Origin: Desulfobacterales bacterium
GTDB lineage: Bacteria > Desulfobacterota > Desulfobacteria > Desulfobacterales > UBA2245
Direction of reading: 5' to 3'
DNA: 58,132 nucleotides
NCBI GenBank assembly: GCA_040771865.1
Contig: JAXGZF010000005.1
Coordinates: forward strand, 372,001 to 430,132
Below are positions 18,877-31,075 of this stretch, in pieces. A program made the translations under genes and the position numbers. Position 1 is the stretch's first letter. Each line of letters begins with the position of its first letter. Below the pieces are notes generated by a model, which was given only the letters and a program-made list of their open reading frames with translations, did not search any database and was not told the origin of the DNA.

Positions 18877-19788
18877 TTGACGCCAGCGGAAGATTCGGTT
18901 CTGAATAACAAAAAGCCCTTTGAAATCAAGCAGGTCAACCGGCTGGGGACGGCCGCTCTTTGCGTACTGATCGCCGCCATAGGATTTGCGACAATGGCCG
19001 CGTTGATCAAGCTGGTTTCGCCGATTCTGCCAAACCCGATGATTGTGTTTGCCCGGAATCTTTTTGCCCTGATCGCGCTCCTGCCCTGGATCCGGTTTCA
19101 CCATCACGGCTTGAGCCTTCGAACCGGATGTCTCCGGTACCACCTGATTCGATCCGTGTCGGGTCTTGCGGCCATGTACCTGTTTTTTTACACCATCGGG
19201 CACATGCATCTTGGAGAGGCTGTATTGCTGGGCTTTACCTCTCCGCTGTTCATTCCCCTGATCGCCTGGATCTGGATCAGGGAGCCCCTTTCAGCCAGGA
19301 TCTGGGCCGCAGTAGGGGTGGGCTTTGCCGGCGTGGTTCTGATTATGAGGCCTGACAGCGGGATGTTTCAGCCGGTCGCTTTTCTGGGACTGATGGCTGG
19401 CGCGTTTGCCGCCATTGCCATGGTGAGCATTCGGCGCATGTCTGCATCAGAACCCGCGGTTCGAATCGTATTTTATTTCAGTCTGCTTTCCACGGTAATT
19501 TCGGCAATCCCGGTGCTGAGCGCCTGGCAGCAGCCCAGTTTGGACATTCTGGCCACCCTGGCTCTGATCGGCATGCTGGCCGCCTGGTCCCAGCTTATGC
19601 TGACCCGGGCGTACAGCCTTGCGCCGGCGGCACAGGTCGGGGTGTTCGGATATTCCAACGTGGTGTTTTCTTCGCTGATCGGCTGGGTTTTCTGGGAAGA
19701 GCGACTGTATCTTACAACCATTCTCGGGGCGGTTTTAATCGCCTTAGCCGGAGTGATGATCTCCTATGCGGCCGAAAAGAGAAGATGA
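18877..19788 (+). CDS. DMT/EamA-family transporter
   Basis: About 10 TM helices; FTSPLFIPLIAWIWIRE, LTRAYSLAPA, LIGWVFWEE. Confidence 0.88.
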   Translation: MTPAEDSVLNNKKPFEIKQVNRLGTAALCVLIAAIGFATMAALIKLVSPILPNPMIVFARNLFALIALLPWIRFHHHGLSLRTGCLRYHLIRSVSGLAAMYLFFYTIGHMHLGEAVLLGFTSPLFIPLIAWIWIREPLSARIWAAVGVGFAGVVLIMRPDSGMFQPVAFLGLMAGAFAAIAMVSIRRMSASEPAVRIVFYFSLLSTVISAIPVLSAWQQPSLDILATLALIGMLAAWSQLMLTRAYSLAPAAQVGVFGYSNVVFSSLIGWVFWEERLYLTTILGAVLIALAGVMISYAAEKRR

Positions 19789-20083
19789 TATTCGGAATTC
19801 TGAAGGAAAGACAGCCGGATGAATACCGTATGACCCTGGACCCGGCGGGCGTTGAACGCCTGGTTTATGGTTAATGTACTTTTTTTACTTGCGCCGATTT
19901 TAAATCCGTGGCACTGATACCCACTTTTAAAAAGAAACGGGTATTGTTGAATGTTGAAAGCCGTCTGCCGGTTTAAATATTTCTGCCGCAAGCCTTTCCT
20001 CGAAGCATAAATTTCCCATACAACCGTTTCCATGATGTCCGAAAGCTCCGGAATTATTTAACTATTTCAAGGTATTGAATTAT

Positions 20084-21943
20084 ATGAAAGCAAAAGCGTC
20101 GAACCGGTTTCAAAAAAACCAAGCCATCAGAAACATCGCGATTATCGCTCACGTCGATCACGGCAAGACCACCTTGGTGGATGCCATGTTCCGGCAGAGC
20201 GGACTTTTCAGGCCGGGCATGGATGTGGATGAACGCATCATGGACAGCATGGACCTGGAGCGGGAAAGAGGCATCACCATCGCCGCCAAGAACTGTTCCG
20301 TTCAGTGGCAGGGCGTCAAGATCAACATCCTCGACACGCCCGGTCATGCGGATTTCAGCGGCGAGGTCGAACGCGCCCTGTCCATGGTGGACGGCGCCAT
20401 TCTGCTGGTGGATGCATCCGAAGGGCCGCTGCCCCAGACCCGTTTCGTGCTCAAAAAAGCACTGGAAAAGGGTCTCAAACTCGTTGTGGTGATCAACAAG
20501 ATCGACCGGAAAGACGCCCGCCCGGACGAGATTCTCGATGAGATCTACGATCTTTTCATCGATCTGGACGCCGATGAGGAGCAGCTGGATTTTCCCTATC
20601 TGTACGCCATTGGAAGAGAGGGAATCGCCAAAAGGGATCTGAAAGAGGAAAGCAAAGATCTTCACGTCCTCTTTCAAACCATTCTCGAACAGATTCCGGC
20701 GCCCGAATTTGATCCGGCGGCGCCTTTTCAGATGCTGGTTTCCGATCTGGGGTATTCGGACTATCTGGGCAGGCTGGCCATCGGAAAGGTTCACAATGGA
20801 AGAGCCCAGGCCAACGAGGCCATGGTCTGCATCAACAACCGGAACGAAAACATGCCGTTCAAGATATCCAGGCTTCAGATCTATGAGGGCATGAAGCTTT
20901 CCGAGGTCGACAGCGCGGATACCGGAGATATCGTGGTGCTTTCCGGAATCGAGGATGTCATGATCGGCGATACGATCTGCATTCGGGAGTTTCCCAAGTC
21001 CCTGACGCGCATCACCGTGGATGAGCCGACGATCTCCATGGAATTCACGATCAACACCTCGCCCTTCAGCGGCAAAGAGGGAAGGATCGTCCAGTCCGGA
21101 AAGATCCGCGAGCGTCTGATCAAGGAGACCCTGAAGAATGTGGCCATCCGCTTTGAACAGACCGATGACAAGGACCGCTTCATCGTCAAAGGCCGGGGCG
21201 AGTTTCAGATGGCCATTCTGATTGAAACCATGCGGCGCGAGGGATTCGAGATGAGCGTCGGGCGTCCCAAGGTGATTTACAGGCGGGAAAACGGCAAAAA
21301 GCTCGAACCCATCGAAAGACTCTTCGTGGATTGCGAAGAGAACTTTCTGGGAATCGTGACCGAAAAAATGTCCCTGAGAAAGGGCCGGCTGACCAACCTG
21401 GTCAACAAGGGAAGCGGAAGAATACGGGCCGAGTTTTCCATTCCATCCCGGTCCCTGATCGGTTATCGGAATGAATTTCTGACGGACACCCGGGGAACCG
21501 GCATTCTGAACACCCTTTTTTCGGGATACGAGGAATTTCGCGGCGAATTTCCCACGCGGTTTACCGGATCCATCGTCTCGGACCGGCAGGGAAAAGCCGT
21601 TGCCTATGCCCTATTTCACCTGGAGCCCAGAGGACGCCTTTTCATCGAGCCCGGTGAAATGGTCTACGAGGGCATGATCATCGGAGAGCACAGCAAGGAC
21701 TCGGACATCAACGTGAATCCCGTCAAGGAAAAGAAGCTCACCAACATGCGGGCCGCGGGAAAGGATGAGAACACGGTCTGCTCGCCGGTTCAGCCAATGA
21801 CCCTGGAACGGGCGATCAACTTCATTCGGGACGACGAGATGGTGGAGGTGACGCCCAGATCCATTCGGCTGCACAAGCGTGTACTCTCCGCCCAGAAACG
21901 ATACACGATGCGTTCGGCGGCGTATAAGCAGGGGGAAGAATAG
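20084..21943 (+). CDS. typA: Translational GTPase TypA/BipA
   Basis: [53 protein letters not shown]. Confidence 0.97.
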   Translation: MKAKASNRFQKNQAIRNIAIIAHVDHGKTTLVDAMFRQSGLFRPGMDVDERIMDSMDLERERGITIAAKNCSVQWQGVKINILDTPGHADFSGEVERALSMVDGAILLVDASEGPLPQTRFVLKKALEKGLKLVVVINKIDRKDARPDEILDEIYDLFIDLDADEEQLDFPYLYAIGREGIAKRDLKEESKDLHVLFQTILEQIPAPEFDPAAPFQMLVSDLGYSDYLGRLAIGKVHNGRAQANEAMVCINNRNENMPFKISRLQIYEGMKLSEVDSADTGDIVVLSGIEDVMIGDTICIREFPKSLTRITVDEPTISMEFTINTSPFSGKEGRIVQSGKIRERLIKETLKNVAIRFEQTDDKDRFIVKGRGEFQMAILIETMRREGFEMSVGRPKVIYRRENGKKLEPIERLFVDCEENFLGIVTEKMSLRKGRLTNLVNKGSGRIRAEFSIPSRSLIGYRNEFLTDTRGTGILNTLFSGYEEFRGEFPTRFTGSIVSDRQGKAVAYALFHLEPRGRLFIEPGEMVYEGMIIGEHSKDSDINVNPVKEKKLTNMRAAGKDENTVCSPVQPMTLERAINFIRDDEMVEVTPRSIRLHKRVLSAQKRYTMRSAAYKQGEE

Positions 21944-21980
21944 ATTTTACAATCGACCCGAATCGTGCGGACTTTCATCA

Positions 21981-22021
21981 AAAAAGCAGCCGGCCTTTCA
22001 TGAAAGCCGGCTGAAATTTTT
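21981..22021. terminator. Bidirectional terminator between typA and tRNA-Pro
   Basis: A-run, then CAGCCGGC-CTTTCATGAAA-GCCGGCTG, then T-run. Confidence 0.6.
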
Positions 22022-22025
22022 AAGA

Positions 22026-22102
22026 TGGTCGGGACGACTGGATTTGAACCAGCGACCCCAGCGTCCCGAACGCTGTGCTCTACCAGACTGAGCCACGTCC
22101 CG
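22026..22102 (-). tRNA. tRNA-Pro (anticodon CGG)
   Basis: CGGGACGTGGCTCAG...; anticodon arm CAGCG-TTCGGGA-CGCTG; T-loop GGTTCAAATCC; encoded CCA. Confidence 0.95.
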
Positions 22103-22174
22103 ACATCGGTTGCCCTTTTATGTTACTTGGCGGGCGGTTGTCAATCAAAAAAATGCGGTTTTCCGGCCCCTGTC

Positions 22175-23479
<1,305 letters not shown>

Positions 23480-23522
23480 TCAGAGGTTGCCGGCAAAGCG
23501 GATTTCGAATCTGACGCTCGAA

Positions 23523-23996
23523 TCAGACTCCGTTTCGCTTTTCCCTAAAAAACGACTGAATCAGGTTTCTGCACTCGTCCCGGCAGATGCCGCTGATGAT
23601 TTCCGGTTTATGGTTCAGCCCGGCATTCTCGGCAAAGTTGTACAGGGATCCGGCAGCGCCCCATCTGGGATCCATTGCGCCGAACACGACGGTCGACACC
23701 CTGGCGTGAATGACGGCCCCCATGCACATGACGCAGGGTTCCACCGTAACATAGAGCACCGTGTTTAACAACCGGTAATTGCCCAGAATTTCCGCGCCTT
23801 GCCGCAGTGCCAGCATCTCCGCGTGGGCGGTCGGATCGCACAGGGAAATCACCCGGTTGCGATCCCTGGCCAGAACGTTTCCGAATTCGTCGATCAGCAC
23901 CGCGCCCACCGGAATCTCCTCGGCCCGAGCCGCCATGGCAGCTTCCTCGATCGCCAGTTTCATATAAAGTTCGTGGATATTAAGCACAGTTTTCAC
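23523..23996 (-). CDS. tadA: tRNA adenosine(34) deaminase
   Basis: EIPVGAV, DPTAHAE, LYVTVEPCVMC, LNH. Confidence 0.92.
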   Translation of the reverse strand: MKTVLNIHELYMKLAIEEAAMAARAEEIPVGAVLIDEFGNVLARDRNRVISLCDPTAHAEMLALRQGAEILGNYRLLNTVLYVTVEPCVMCMGAVIHARVSTVVFGAMDPRWGAAGSLYNFAENAGLNHKPEIISGICRDECRNLIQSFFREKRNGV

Positions 23997-24079
23997 CGGT
24001 AAAAGCGGTCTCTGTTCGACGGTTGCAGAATGGAACCAGCGAAGTTTTATATTCGGATTCGAAAATAATCAAGTTATCA

Positions 24080-24108
24080 TTGACAATCTGCAGCAATTGG
24101 CTTAAAAG
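24080..24108 (+). promoter_or_regulatory. Sigma-70-type promoter of tRNA-Arg
   Basis: TTGACA-N17-TAAAAG, about 30 nt before the tRNA. Confidence 0.5.
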
Positions 24109-24137
24109 CAGACCGAATTTACAGATTGACTTATATT

Positions 24138-24214
24138 GCGCCCGTAGCTCAGCTGGATAGAGTGCCGGACTACGAATCCGTAGGCCGCAGGTTCGAATCC
24201 TGCCGGGCGCGCCA
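24138..24214 (+). tRNA. tRNA-Arg (anticodon ACG)
   Basis: GCGCCCGTAGCTCAGCTGGATAGAG...CT-ACG-AA...GGTTCGAATCC...GCCA. Confidence 0.95.
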
Positions 24215-24218
24215 AATC

Positions 24219-24254
24219 AAGGGGTTACAGTCTTACGGTTGTAACCTCTTTTTT
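24219..24254 (+). terminator. Intrinsic terminator after tRNA-Arg
   Basis: GGGGTTACAG...TTGTAACCTC stem followed by TTTTTT. Confidence 0.75.
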
Positions 24255-24392
24255 GTGTGTGAGAATCGCATGCAAGCCGCCGCCTTAATCGTTATTTTAT
24301 AGATATCATGGCGATTCAAAGTCATCCAGCACTCGGTTCTACAGAGGCTGGATTTTTTTGTCTCCCGGTTCAATGGGTCCGGTGTTGCACGA

Positions 24393-24436
24393 GCAAAAAA
24401 AATGATGCGGAAAAGTTTTCCGCATCATTTTTTTGC
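24393..24436 (-). terminator. Intrinsic terminator of amtB (bidirectional form)
   Basis: Near-perfect palindrome GCAAAAAAAATGATGCGGAAAAGTTTTCCGCATCATTTTTTTGC. Confidence 0.8.
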
Positions 24437-24453
24437 GCCTTTGCAGGAGGGTT

Positions 24454-25863
24454 TTAGTTCGAGGTTTTGGCGGTTTCGCCGGTCGCAGCATAATACGCTT
24501 CGGGCGACCGGTATGCGGGAGCAGGGATTCCCCCGCCGTGGGTTGAAAGCACTACGTAATCCGGATATGCATTTCCGCCGTGTTCAGCGCCGTCCAGGCC
24601 CTCGATTTCTTCTTCGGCCGTTACTCGAAGCCCGAGGGTTTTATCGATGAGTTTGAAGAGAATGAAAGCGGTTGGAAACACCCAGATAAAACAGGCTCCA
24701 ATTCCAAGCAACTGCGCCGAGATGATTTTCAGGGATGTTCCGCCCATATTAAACAGGCCGGCTCCCAGGGTTCCCCATGCGCCGCACACCCCGTGAACCG
24801 AGATGGCGCCGACAGGGTCATCCACCCGAATTCTGTCAAAGAAGAGGATGGAAAAGACAACGATCACGCCGGCGATCAGGCCGATCAGGACGGCGCTTGC
24901 GGGCAAGACGTTGGCGCATCCCGCGGTAATGCCGACAAGACCGGCCAGGGCGCCGTTCAGGCTCATGCCGATTTCCGGTTTGCCGAACTTGATCCAGGAA
25001 AAAAACATGGCCGCAACGCATCCGGAGGCCGCGGACAGATTCGTGTTTACAAAGATCATGGCGATGTCTTTGTTGGCAGCGGTTGTGGACCCCGGATTAA
25101 AGCCGAACCATCCGAGCCAGAGAATGAAAACCCCAACGGCCGCCAGCGGTATGTTGTGACCCAGAATGGGTTTGATGGAACCGTCCTTTCCGAATTTGCC
25201 GATCCGGGGTCCGAGCACCAGCGTTCCGGCCAGAGCCGCCCATCCGCCGACGGAGTGCACCACCGTGGAACCGGCAAAGTCGATAAAGCCGAATTTTTCA
25301 AGCCATCCGCTTCCGTTAAACAACCCGCCCCAGGCCCATCCGCCGAAAATCGGATAAATCAGGGCCGAGATAAAAAAGCTGTAGAGCAGATAGCCGGAAA
25401 ACCTGGTGCGCTCGGCCATGGCGCCTGAAACGATGGTGGCTGCCGTGGCGGCAAAAACTACCTGGAACATCCAGAAGGCCAGAACCCAGGGGTCGCCTCC
25501 GACTTTGAAGTCGCTGAGAAAGAATCCCGATGTTCCGATCAGTCCGCCTGCGGATGTCCCGAACATCAAACCGAACCCGATCGCCCAGAACGCCAGAGAT
25601 CCAACGGAAAAGTCCATCAGGTTTTTCATCATGATGTTGATGGCGTTCTTGGCGCGGGTGAATCCCGCTTCGACCATGGCAAAACCGGCTTGCATGAAAA
25701 ACACCAGCGCGGCTGCAATCAGGGTCCATACGTAATCGGCATGGGACTGAACCAGTTCGATGGCGTTTCGATTGGATTCCGGGGTAGGGGGCTCGTCACC
25801 CGCCCATGCCTTTGCCAGGCAGAAAATCATGATCAGAAGAATGGGGCCGATTCTTTTTGTCAT
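24454..25863 (-). CDS. amtB: Ammonium transporter (Amt)
   Basis: MQAGFAMVE, TIVSGAMAER, DFAGSTVVH, WLGWFGFN, NGALAGLV, DDPVGAISVHG. Confidence 0.96.
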   Translation of the reverse strand: MTKRIGPILLIMIFCLAKAWAGDEPPTPESNRNAIELVQSHADYVWTLIAAALVFFMQAGFAMVEAGFTRAKNAINIMMKNLMDFSVGSLAFWAIGFGLMFGTSAGGLIGTSGFFLSDFKVGGDPWVLAFWMFQVVFAATAATIVSGAMAERTRFSGYLLYSFFISALIYPIFGGWAWGGLFNGSGWLEKFGFIDFAGSTVVHSVGGWAALAGTLVLGPRIGKFGKDGSIKPILGHNIPLAAVGVFILWLGWFGFNPGSTTAANKDIAMIFVNTNLSAASGCVAAMFFSWIKFGKPEIGMSLNGALAGLVGITAGCANVLPASAVLIGLIAGVIVVFSILFFDRIRVDDPVGAISVHGVCGAWGTLGAGLFNMGGTSLKIISAQLLGIGACFIWVFPTAFILFKLIDKTLGLRVTAEEEIEGLDGAEHGGNAYPDYVVLSTHGGGIPAPAYRSPEAYYAATGETAKTSN

Positions 25864-25910
25864 TGATTTGATCCTCCTTGATCGCAGTTGAATTGTTTGC
25901 CCACATATAG

Positions 25911-25926
25911 AGCAAGGAGGGTGCCA
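25911..25926 (-). promoter_or_regulatory. Sigma-54 promoter of amtB
   Basis: Minus strand TGGCAC-CCTCC-TTGCT matches the TGGCAC-N5-TTGC consensus exactly, about 48 nt before the ATG. Confidence 0.85.
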
Positions 25927-26178
25927 GTTTTGCAGAGAGCGTTATTTGTCTGTATAACCACTTGGAATAAAACAACAAAACCATACATTGGAAATGGCTG
26001 TAATGGGCTGCTAAAGATTACATAAAAGTAACAAATGCAGATTTATGAAACCAAAATGAAATATAGCGGGTTGCGTGTAACAAAAAGGTGATCCATGGAG
26101 CCGGTGGAAAGCAAAGGCCGCCAGCCGGGGCCGGCATCGCTGAAAAAACGTGTTTCGTTTTTTCTCTGAACCGAACTC

Positions 26179-28593
26179 CTATCGAAAATCCTTAACATTT
26201 TTGGCGAACTGATCGAGCTGCGAATAGATCCGCTGATGGAGGGTGTTTTCAGGAAATTTTTCCTGGGAATCGGGTTTGCCGGCAACTGCGCCGGTCAGTA
26301 TTTCCAGGGCCTCGTCCACGGTTTCGACGGCCCAGACATGGAAAAGCCCTTTTTGGACCGCATTGACCACGTCATCGCGAAGCATCAGGTGGGCCGTGTT
26401 GCTTCTGGGGATCAAAACACCCTGGCCGGGTTGCAGCCCTTTGGCCTTGCAGATGTCGAAAAAGCCTTCGATCTTCTCGTTCACGCCGCCGACGGCCTGA
26501 ATCTGGCCATTCTGGTTGACGGATCCGGTGACGGCGATTTCCTGGCGGATAGGCGCCCGGGCAAGGGCGGAAAGCAGGGCGTAAAGCTCGGCGGATGAGG
26601 CGCTGTCGCCCTCAATTCCCTGATAACTCTGTTCAAAAACGATGCGGGCGGAAAGCGAGAGAGGGAATTTGCGGGCATAGGTTTTGGTCAGAAAACCTTC
26701 CAGAATATGGATGCCCTTGCTGTGAACGGGGCCTCCGAGTTCAACCGCCCGTTCGATGTCGATGATTCCGCTTCTGCCGGGTCCTACGCTGGCGGTGATT
26801 CGATTGGGTGTTCCAAAGCAGTAATTGCCGAGGCTTATAATCGACAATCCGTTGATCTGTCCGATGGCTTCTCCGGCCACATCCAGAAGCAGGGTTCCCC
26901 GGACCGTCATTTCCCGAAGGTGCTCCTGCATCTGGTTGGACCGGTAAATCTGCTGGTCGATGGCCTTTTGAATATGCGTTTTCGAAATATGGTCTGCTGC
27001 TTCCTGCCCGGACCAGTAGTTGGCTTCCCGGATTACATCCGCCAGAGCGCCGAAATGGGTGGAGAGTTTTTCCCGATCCCCGGAAAGACGCAGCGAGTAT
27101 TCTAGCAACCGGGTCATCGCCCCGGAGTTCAGGTGTTTCAGGGATTCCTTTTCACAGAAGGATAGCGCGAAGGCGACCACGCTTCGAACATTTTCATCCG
27201 TGCAGGGCATCGAGGTGTCGAAATCGGCCTTGACCTTGAAAAGTTCGGTAAACTCTTCATCCTCTTCCTGAAGCAGATAGTACAACAGGTGCCGGCCGAT
27301 CAGAATAATCTTGGTGTCAAACGGAATCGGTTCGGGGCGAAGGCTTTTGGTGACAAGGGCGCCGGCAAGCTCGGCGGGCTCTTCGATTTGAATCATTCCG
27401 CTTTGAATCGCCCTTTTCAGGCCCTGCCAGCTGAATGGGTGGGTCAGCAGGCTTTCGACCGGGAGTACCAGATAGCCGCCGTGGGCGCGGTGAACGGCGC
27501 CGGGCTGGATCATCAGAAAATCGGTGTGAAGCACGCCGTATCGGGTTTCCTTCTCGATGCGTCCGAAAAGGTTGCCGTAACTGGGATTCAGTTCGATCAC
27601 CACCGGCGCTCCGGTCTTGCGGCTGTTGTCCACAAATACGTTGACCTCGTATTTTCGAAGATGCCGTGACAGGGCCGTGGCCGGGGGAACTGGCACCTCG
27701 GGTTCTTCGGTTTCGACCTCTTCTTCGCTTTGAGTTTCGCTTTGAAACAGGGCGATGTTTTCCAGGACGTCTTTCAGCACGGCGTTCAGATAATCGACGA
27801 CGTCCGGAAAATCCTGATAAAGCTGTTTGACATCTTCGATCGGATCCTCGACCGCCATTCGGGCGATTTCCCGGTCGAGTTCCTGAAGTTTGTCCTGAAT
27901 CTTGCGCTGCATTTGACGCAGCTGTTTCATCCCAGCCTTGATATCGGCTTCCAGAGCCTCCTGGCGCTGCTGTAGATTCCTTCGATCCGCAGCGGACATC
28001 TGGGCCACCTGATCATCGGTCAGGATTTTTCCGTCTTTCAGGGCGATGATCAGGATACCCAGTTTTCCGTTTTTGATGCGCATGTCCTGGGCAGCCGCCT
28101 GTTGGTTGAGCGTTTCTATAATCTTGTTCTTCTCATCGGAAAACTCCTTGATGACCGCCTCGCGCCTGCTGCTGTAATCCTCGCTTTCAAATGCCCTGGG
28201 AATCGCCGAGCAGAACTGGTCGATCAGACTCTTCATGTCCTGCTGGAACTTGCGGCCGCTGCCCGCAGGCAGCCTGCAAGACCGGGGTTGAGACGGGTCC
28301 TCGAAATGGTTCACATAGCACAGATCCGGCGGCGGAGATTTTTCACAGGCGTGCTGTTTCAGAAATGATTCCACGGCGGTCATCTTGCCGATGCCCGGCG
28401 GACCGGCGACATAGATGTTAAATCCCTTTTCTTCGATTCCCAGCCCGAATTGAAGGGCCGCAACGGCCCGATGCTGACCGATGATTTCGATCAGCGGCGT
28501 GAAGTCCGCTTCCGCGTCGATTCCCAGTTCCGACAGATCAAACCTTCTTTTAAGGTCAGAGGCGGATAACTCCCTCGATTTCGCTGGACCCAT
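26179..28593 (-). CDS. Lon-family (S16) ATP-dependent protease-like protein: AAA domain plus Lon protease domain
   Basis: IIGQHRA, Walker A GPPGIGK, AHGGYL, GQINGLS; catalytic Ser in EGDSAS and Lys in VNEKIEGF. Confidence 0.9.
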   Translation of the reverse strand: MGPAKSRELSASDLKRRFDLSELGIDAEADFTPLIEIIGQHRAVAALQFGLGIEEKGFNIYVAGPPGIGKMTAVESFLKQHACEKSPPPDLCYVNHFEDPSQPRSCRLPAGSGRKFQQDMKSLIDQFCSAIPRAFESEDYSSRREAVIKEFSDEKNKIIETLNQQAAAQDMRIKNGKLGILIIALKDGKILTDDQVAQMSAADRRNLQQRQEALEADIKAGMKQLRQMQRKIQDKLQELDREIARMAVEDPIEDVKQLYQDFPDVVDYLNAVLKDVLENIALFQSETQSEEEVETEEPEVPVPPATALSRHLRKYEVNVFVDNSRKTGAPVVIELNPSYGNLFGRIEKETRYGVLHTDFLMIQPGAVHRAHGGYLVLPVESLLTHPFSWQGLKRAIQSGMIQIEEPAELAGALVTKSLRPEPIPFDTKIILIGRHLLYYLLQEEDEEFTELFKVKADFDTSMPCTDENVRSVVAFALSFCEKESLKHLNSGAMTRLLEYSLRLSGDREKLSTHFGALADVIREANYWSGQEAADHISKTHIQKAIDQQIYRSNQMQEHLREMTVRGTLLLDVAGEAIGQINGLSIISLGNYCFGTPNRITASVGPGRSGIIDIERAVELGGPVHSKGIHILEGFLTKTYARKFPLSLSARIVFEQSYQGIEGDSASSAELYALLSALARAPIRQEIAVTGSVNQNGQIQAVGGVNEKIEGFFDICKAKGLQPGQGVLIPRSNTAHLMLRDDVVNAVQKGLFHVWAVETVDEALEILTGAVAGKPDSQEKFPENTLHQRIYSQLDQFAKNVKDFR

Positions 28594-29046
28594 TGGCTGC
28601 CGTTCTCCTTGAGGCGCGAAATGCGCCGTTTATTAATGCAAGCCGTTCGAACCGCCATAAAAAGCCTTTTTGGCTGTATCACACGATCCGAAAACCGACT
28701 GAAGCGGAAGATGAGCCGGAATGCTTCAATCAGATGGACATTTGTATCAGCGCTTTGCATCCGGGTCAAGAGCGCTTCCAGGCGGAGCGCGTTCCAAAGA
28801 TGGCAATTGCACAAATCATAAAACCGATTCACAATATTTTATTGTCAACTGCAATCCGGATGCATTAAAGAGGATGTTTGAAAATCGGTCCCGGTTCCGG
28901 CGTATTGCCTGAACTCTGCCGCGGCGGCCGATGATTTTGGATTGATCTTTTTTGAAAAGGCCGGTTATGATTTACAGGCAGAGGTGAGTCCGGGACTATG
29001 CGAAAGAGAGCTTATACGCTCAAATTCGGGCGACAGGATAAACTGT

Positions 29047-29496
29047 ATGATGCTGATTTTCCGTTGGTTTATATTATCCATTTCGATTATGGCGGCGGCC
29101 TATCTGATCGACGGCATTCAGGTCAGCGGTTTCTGGGGCGCATTTTTGACCGCAGCCATTCTGGGCCTGCTGAATACCTTTCTGCGTCCGATTCTGCTTC
29201 TGCTGACGCTTCCGATCAATATTCTCAGTCTGGGGTTGTTTACTTTTGTAATTAATGCCATGCTGCTGATGATGGCGTCGGGCGTGATCGCCGGATTCGA
29301 GGTTCGCAGTTTCGGTTCCGCGCTGCTCGGGTCTCTGGTCATCAGCAGCGTCAACTGGATTTTAAACATTCTGGTCAGCGAAACAGGATATCCGGCCCGG
29401 GGGCAATCTTCGGGCAATGGCCCGTTTCAAAAAAGAACCGACGAATCGAATGATTACATCGATCTGGAAAAAAAAGATGATGACCGATGGGAATAG
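29047..29496 (+). CDS. YvlD/DUF360-like 4-TM membrane protein ('phage holin family 4')
   Basis: LGLLNTFLRPILLLLTLPINILSLGLFTFVINA. Confidence 0.85.
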   Translation: MMLIFRWFILSISIMAAAYLIDGIQVSGFWGAFLTAAILGLLNTFLRPILLLLTLPINILSLGLFTFVINAMLLMMASGVIAGFEVRSFGSALLGSLVISSVNWILNILVSETGYPARGQSSGNGPFQKRTDESNDYIDLEKKDDDRWE

Positions 29497-29550
29497 AATC
29501 ATTCATCTGATTGATACCGCGCAGTTTCGACATAAAGGGTTTTGAGACGC

Positions 29551-29973
29551 ATGAACGACAAAGAACGGCTGGTTCGATTTTCAGACAGTATTTTAAATGA
29601 TTGCGGTTACTTCGAAGAAAATTCTTTGAAACGCATTGCCAAGACGTGCACCAAGCTGATGATCAGTGAAAAATTTGACGATATCTGCCAGGGGAATTTC
29701 GATCTTCCCACGTCCGAGGAGATCGAGGAATGCGTGATCGAGGAGATGCGGCAAACCTTTGATGAAAAAGTGGTGGCTGCCGTTGAAAGCGCATTTCCGG
29801 ATATGGATGAGGATGACATGGAAAAATATCTGGCCGAGATCGAAAACAGCTACCGGAAACTGCACGACGAGAAGTTGAGATCCGCCGTAACTTCCGTGTC
29901 CAGGGAGTTGCAGGTCCAGGTGCAGTCGATTCAGGAAGAAATCCGAGAATTGAAACGCAAATACACGGTCTGA
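29551..29973 (+). CDS. Hypothetical acidic helical protein
   Basis: Clean ORF between co-oriented genes; no recognised motif. Confidence 0.65.
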   Translation: MNDKERLVRFSDSILNDCGYFEENSLKRIAKTCTKLMISEKFDDICQGNFDLPTSEEIEECVIEEMRQTFDEKVVAAVESAFPDMDEDDMEKYLAEIENSYRKLHDEKLRSAVTSVSRELQVQVQSIQEEIRELKRKYTV

Positions 29974-30052
29974 TGCCCGGCAGGGTTTCAAAACAGTCCC
30001 CCTATTTTCATAAAATCGATTCCGTCCGTCAATCACATTCAAACTTGGCCGA

Positions 30053-31075
30053 ATGAAAGAAAATATTCAAAAAACAGCTGCCGGTCTGCGGACCGGTCCT
30101 TTTGCGATGAAGCCGGTGAAGGAAACCGGGGGTGCGCACGGCCATGAACATGGCGCTCCCGATGAGGGACCGCGTCTGCTGATCACCCTGGGGCTGAATT
30201 TCATCATTCCGGCGATTCAGATCACCGGAGGATTTTATGCGCACAGCATGGCCCTGATCTCGGACGCGGTTCACAATTTCAGCGATTTCACCGCGATCCT
30301 GATCGCCTATGCGGCATACCGCATAGGTCGCAGGGGCCCGACGGCTCGGAACACCTTCGGGTATCGCCGGGCCGAAATCATCGCCGCTTTTCTCAATGTC
30401 GGACTTCTCACGGGCGCGGTTTTCTTTATTCTCTATGAAGCCTTTCTTCGGCTGCAGAATCCCCATGCGGTCTCAGGCCATATTGTTGCCTGGGTCGCCG
30501 GCGCGGGAGTTCTGGGCAACGGTTTTTCGGCCTGGATGCTTCATCGGGACGCCAGGCACAGTCTCAATGTACGGGGCGCATTCCTGCACATGATCGGAGA
30601 CCTGCTTACTTCCGTGGCGGTGGTGATCAGCGGTCTGGTTCTCATCTTTAAACCCTGGTACTGGCTCGATCCGGTTCTCTCGTTTCTGATCGCGGCCTTT
30701 ATTCTGAAGAACTGTTTTTCGATTTTCAGGGAGTCTGTCGCCATCCTGATGAACGCAACTCCCAAGGGGCTGGATCTGAATCAGATCAACACGTTTCTGA
30801 ACCAGATTCCCGGGGTCTGCGGGGTCCATTATCTTCATGCCTGGAATCTGAGCTCAAAAAGCGTGGCCTTTTCCTGCCATGTGGTGGTGCCCGACCAGCC
30901 GGTGAGCCAGGCCGAGGCCCTGGCAAAAACCATTCGCCAGGCGCTTCTGGAGCGCTTTGACATCGATCATCCCGTCCTGCAGTTCGAGACCGCTCAATGC
31001 GGCGAGGGAAACATCTTCTGCGAGATATCCTGCGGTCCGGCTTCAAAATCGCCGCAAAAGAATTCGAACTGCTGA
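30053..31075 (+). CDS. Cation diffusion facilitator (CzcD/ZitB-like)
   Basis: SMALISDAVHNFSD, TFGYRRAE, NVRGAFLHMIGD, HYLHAW; His-rich N-terminus; start uncertain. Confidence 0.92.
   Translation: MKENIQKTAAGLRTGPFAMKPVKETGGAHGHEHGAPDEGPRLLITLGLNFIIPAIQITGGFYAHSMALISDAVHNFSDFTAILIAYAAYRIGRRGPTARNTFGYRRAEIIAAFLNVGLLTGAVFFILYEAFLRLQNPHAVSGHIVAWVAGAGVLGNGFSAWMLHRDARHSLNVRGAFLHMIGDLLTSVAVVISGLVLIFKPWYWLDPVLSFLIAAFILKNCFSIFRESVAILMNATPKGLDLNQINTFLNQIPGVCGVHYLHAWNLSSKSVAFSCHVVVPDQPVSQAEALAKTIRQALLERFDIDHPVLQFETAQCGEGNIFCEISCGPASKSPQKNSNC

Noticed and set aside
28594..29046. Overlapping short ORFs between the Lon-like gene and the yvlD-like gene
   Set aside because: No RBS or motif support; probably a divergent promoter region
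29047..29496. 'Phage holin' as evidence of a prophage
   Set aside because: This family is commonly chromosomal; no integrase, lysin or structural genes nearby
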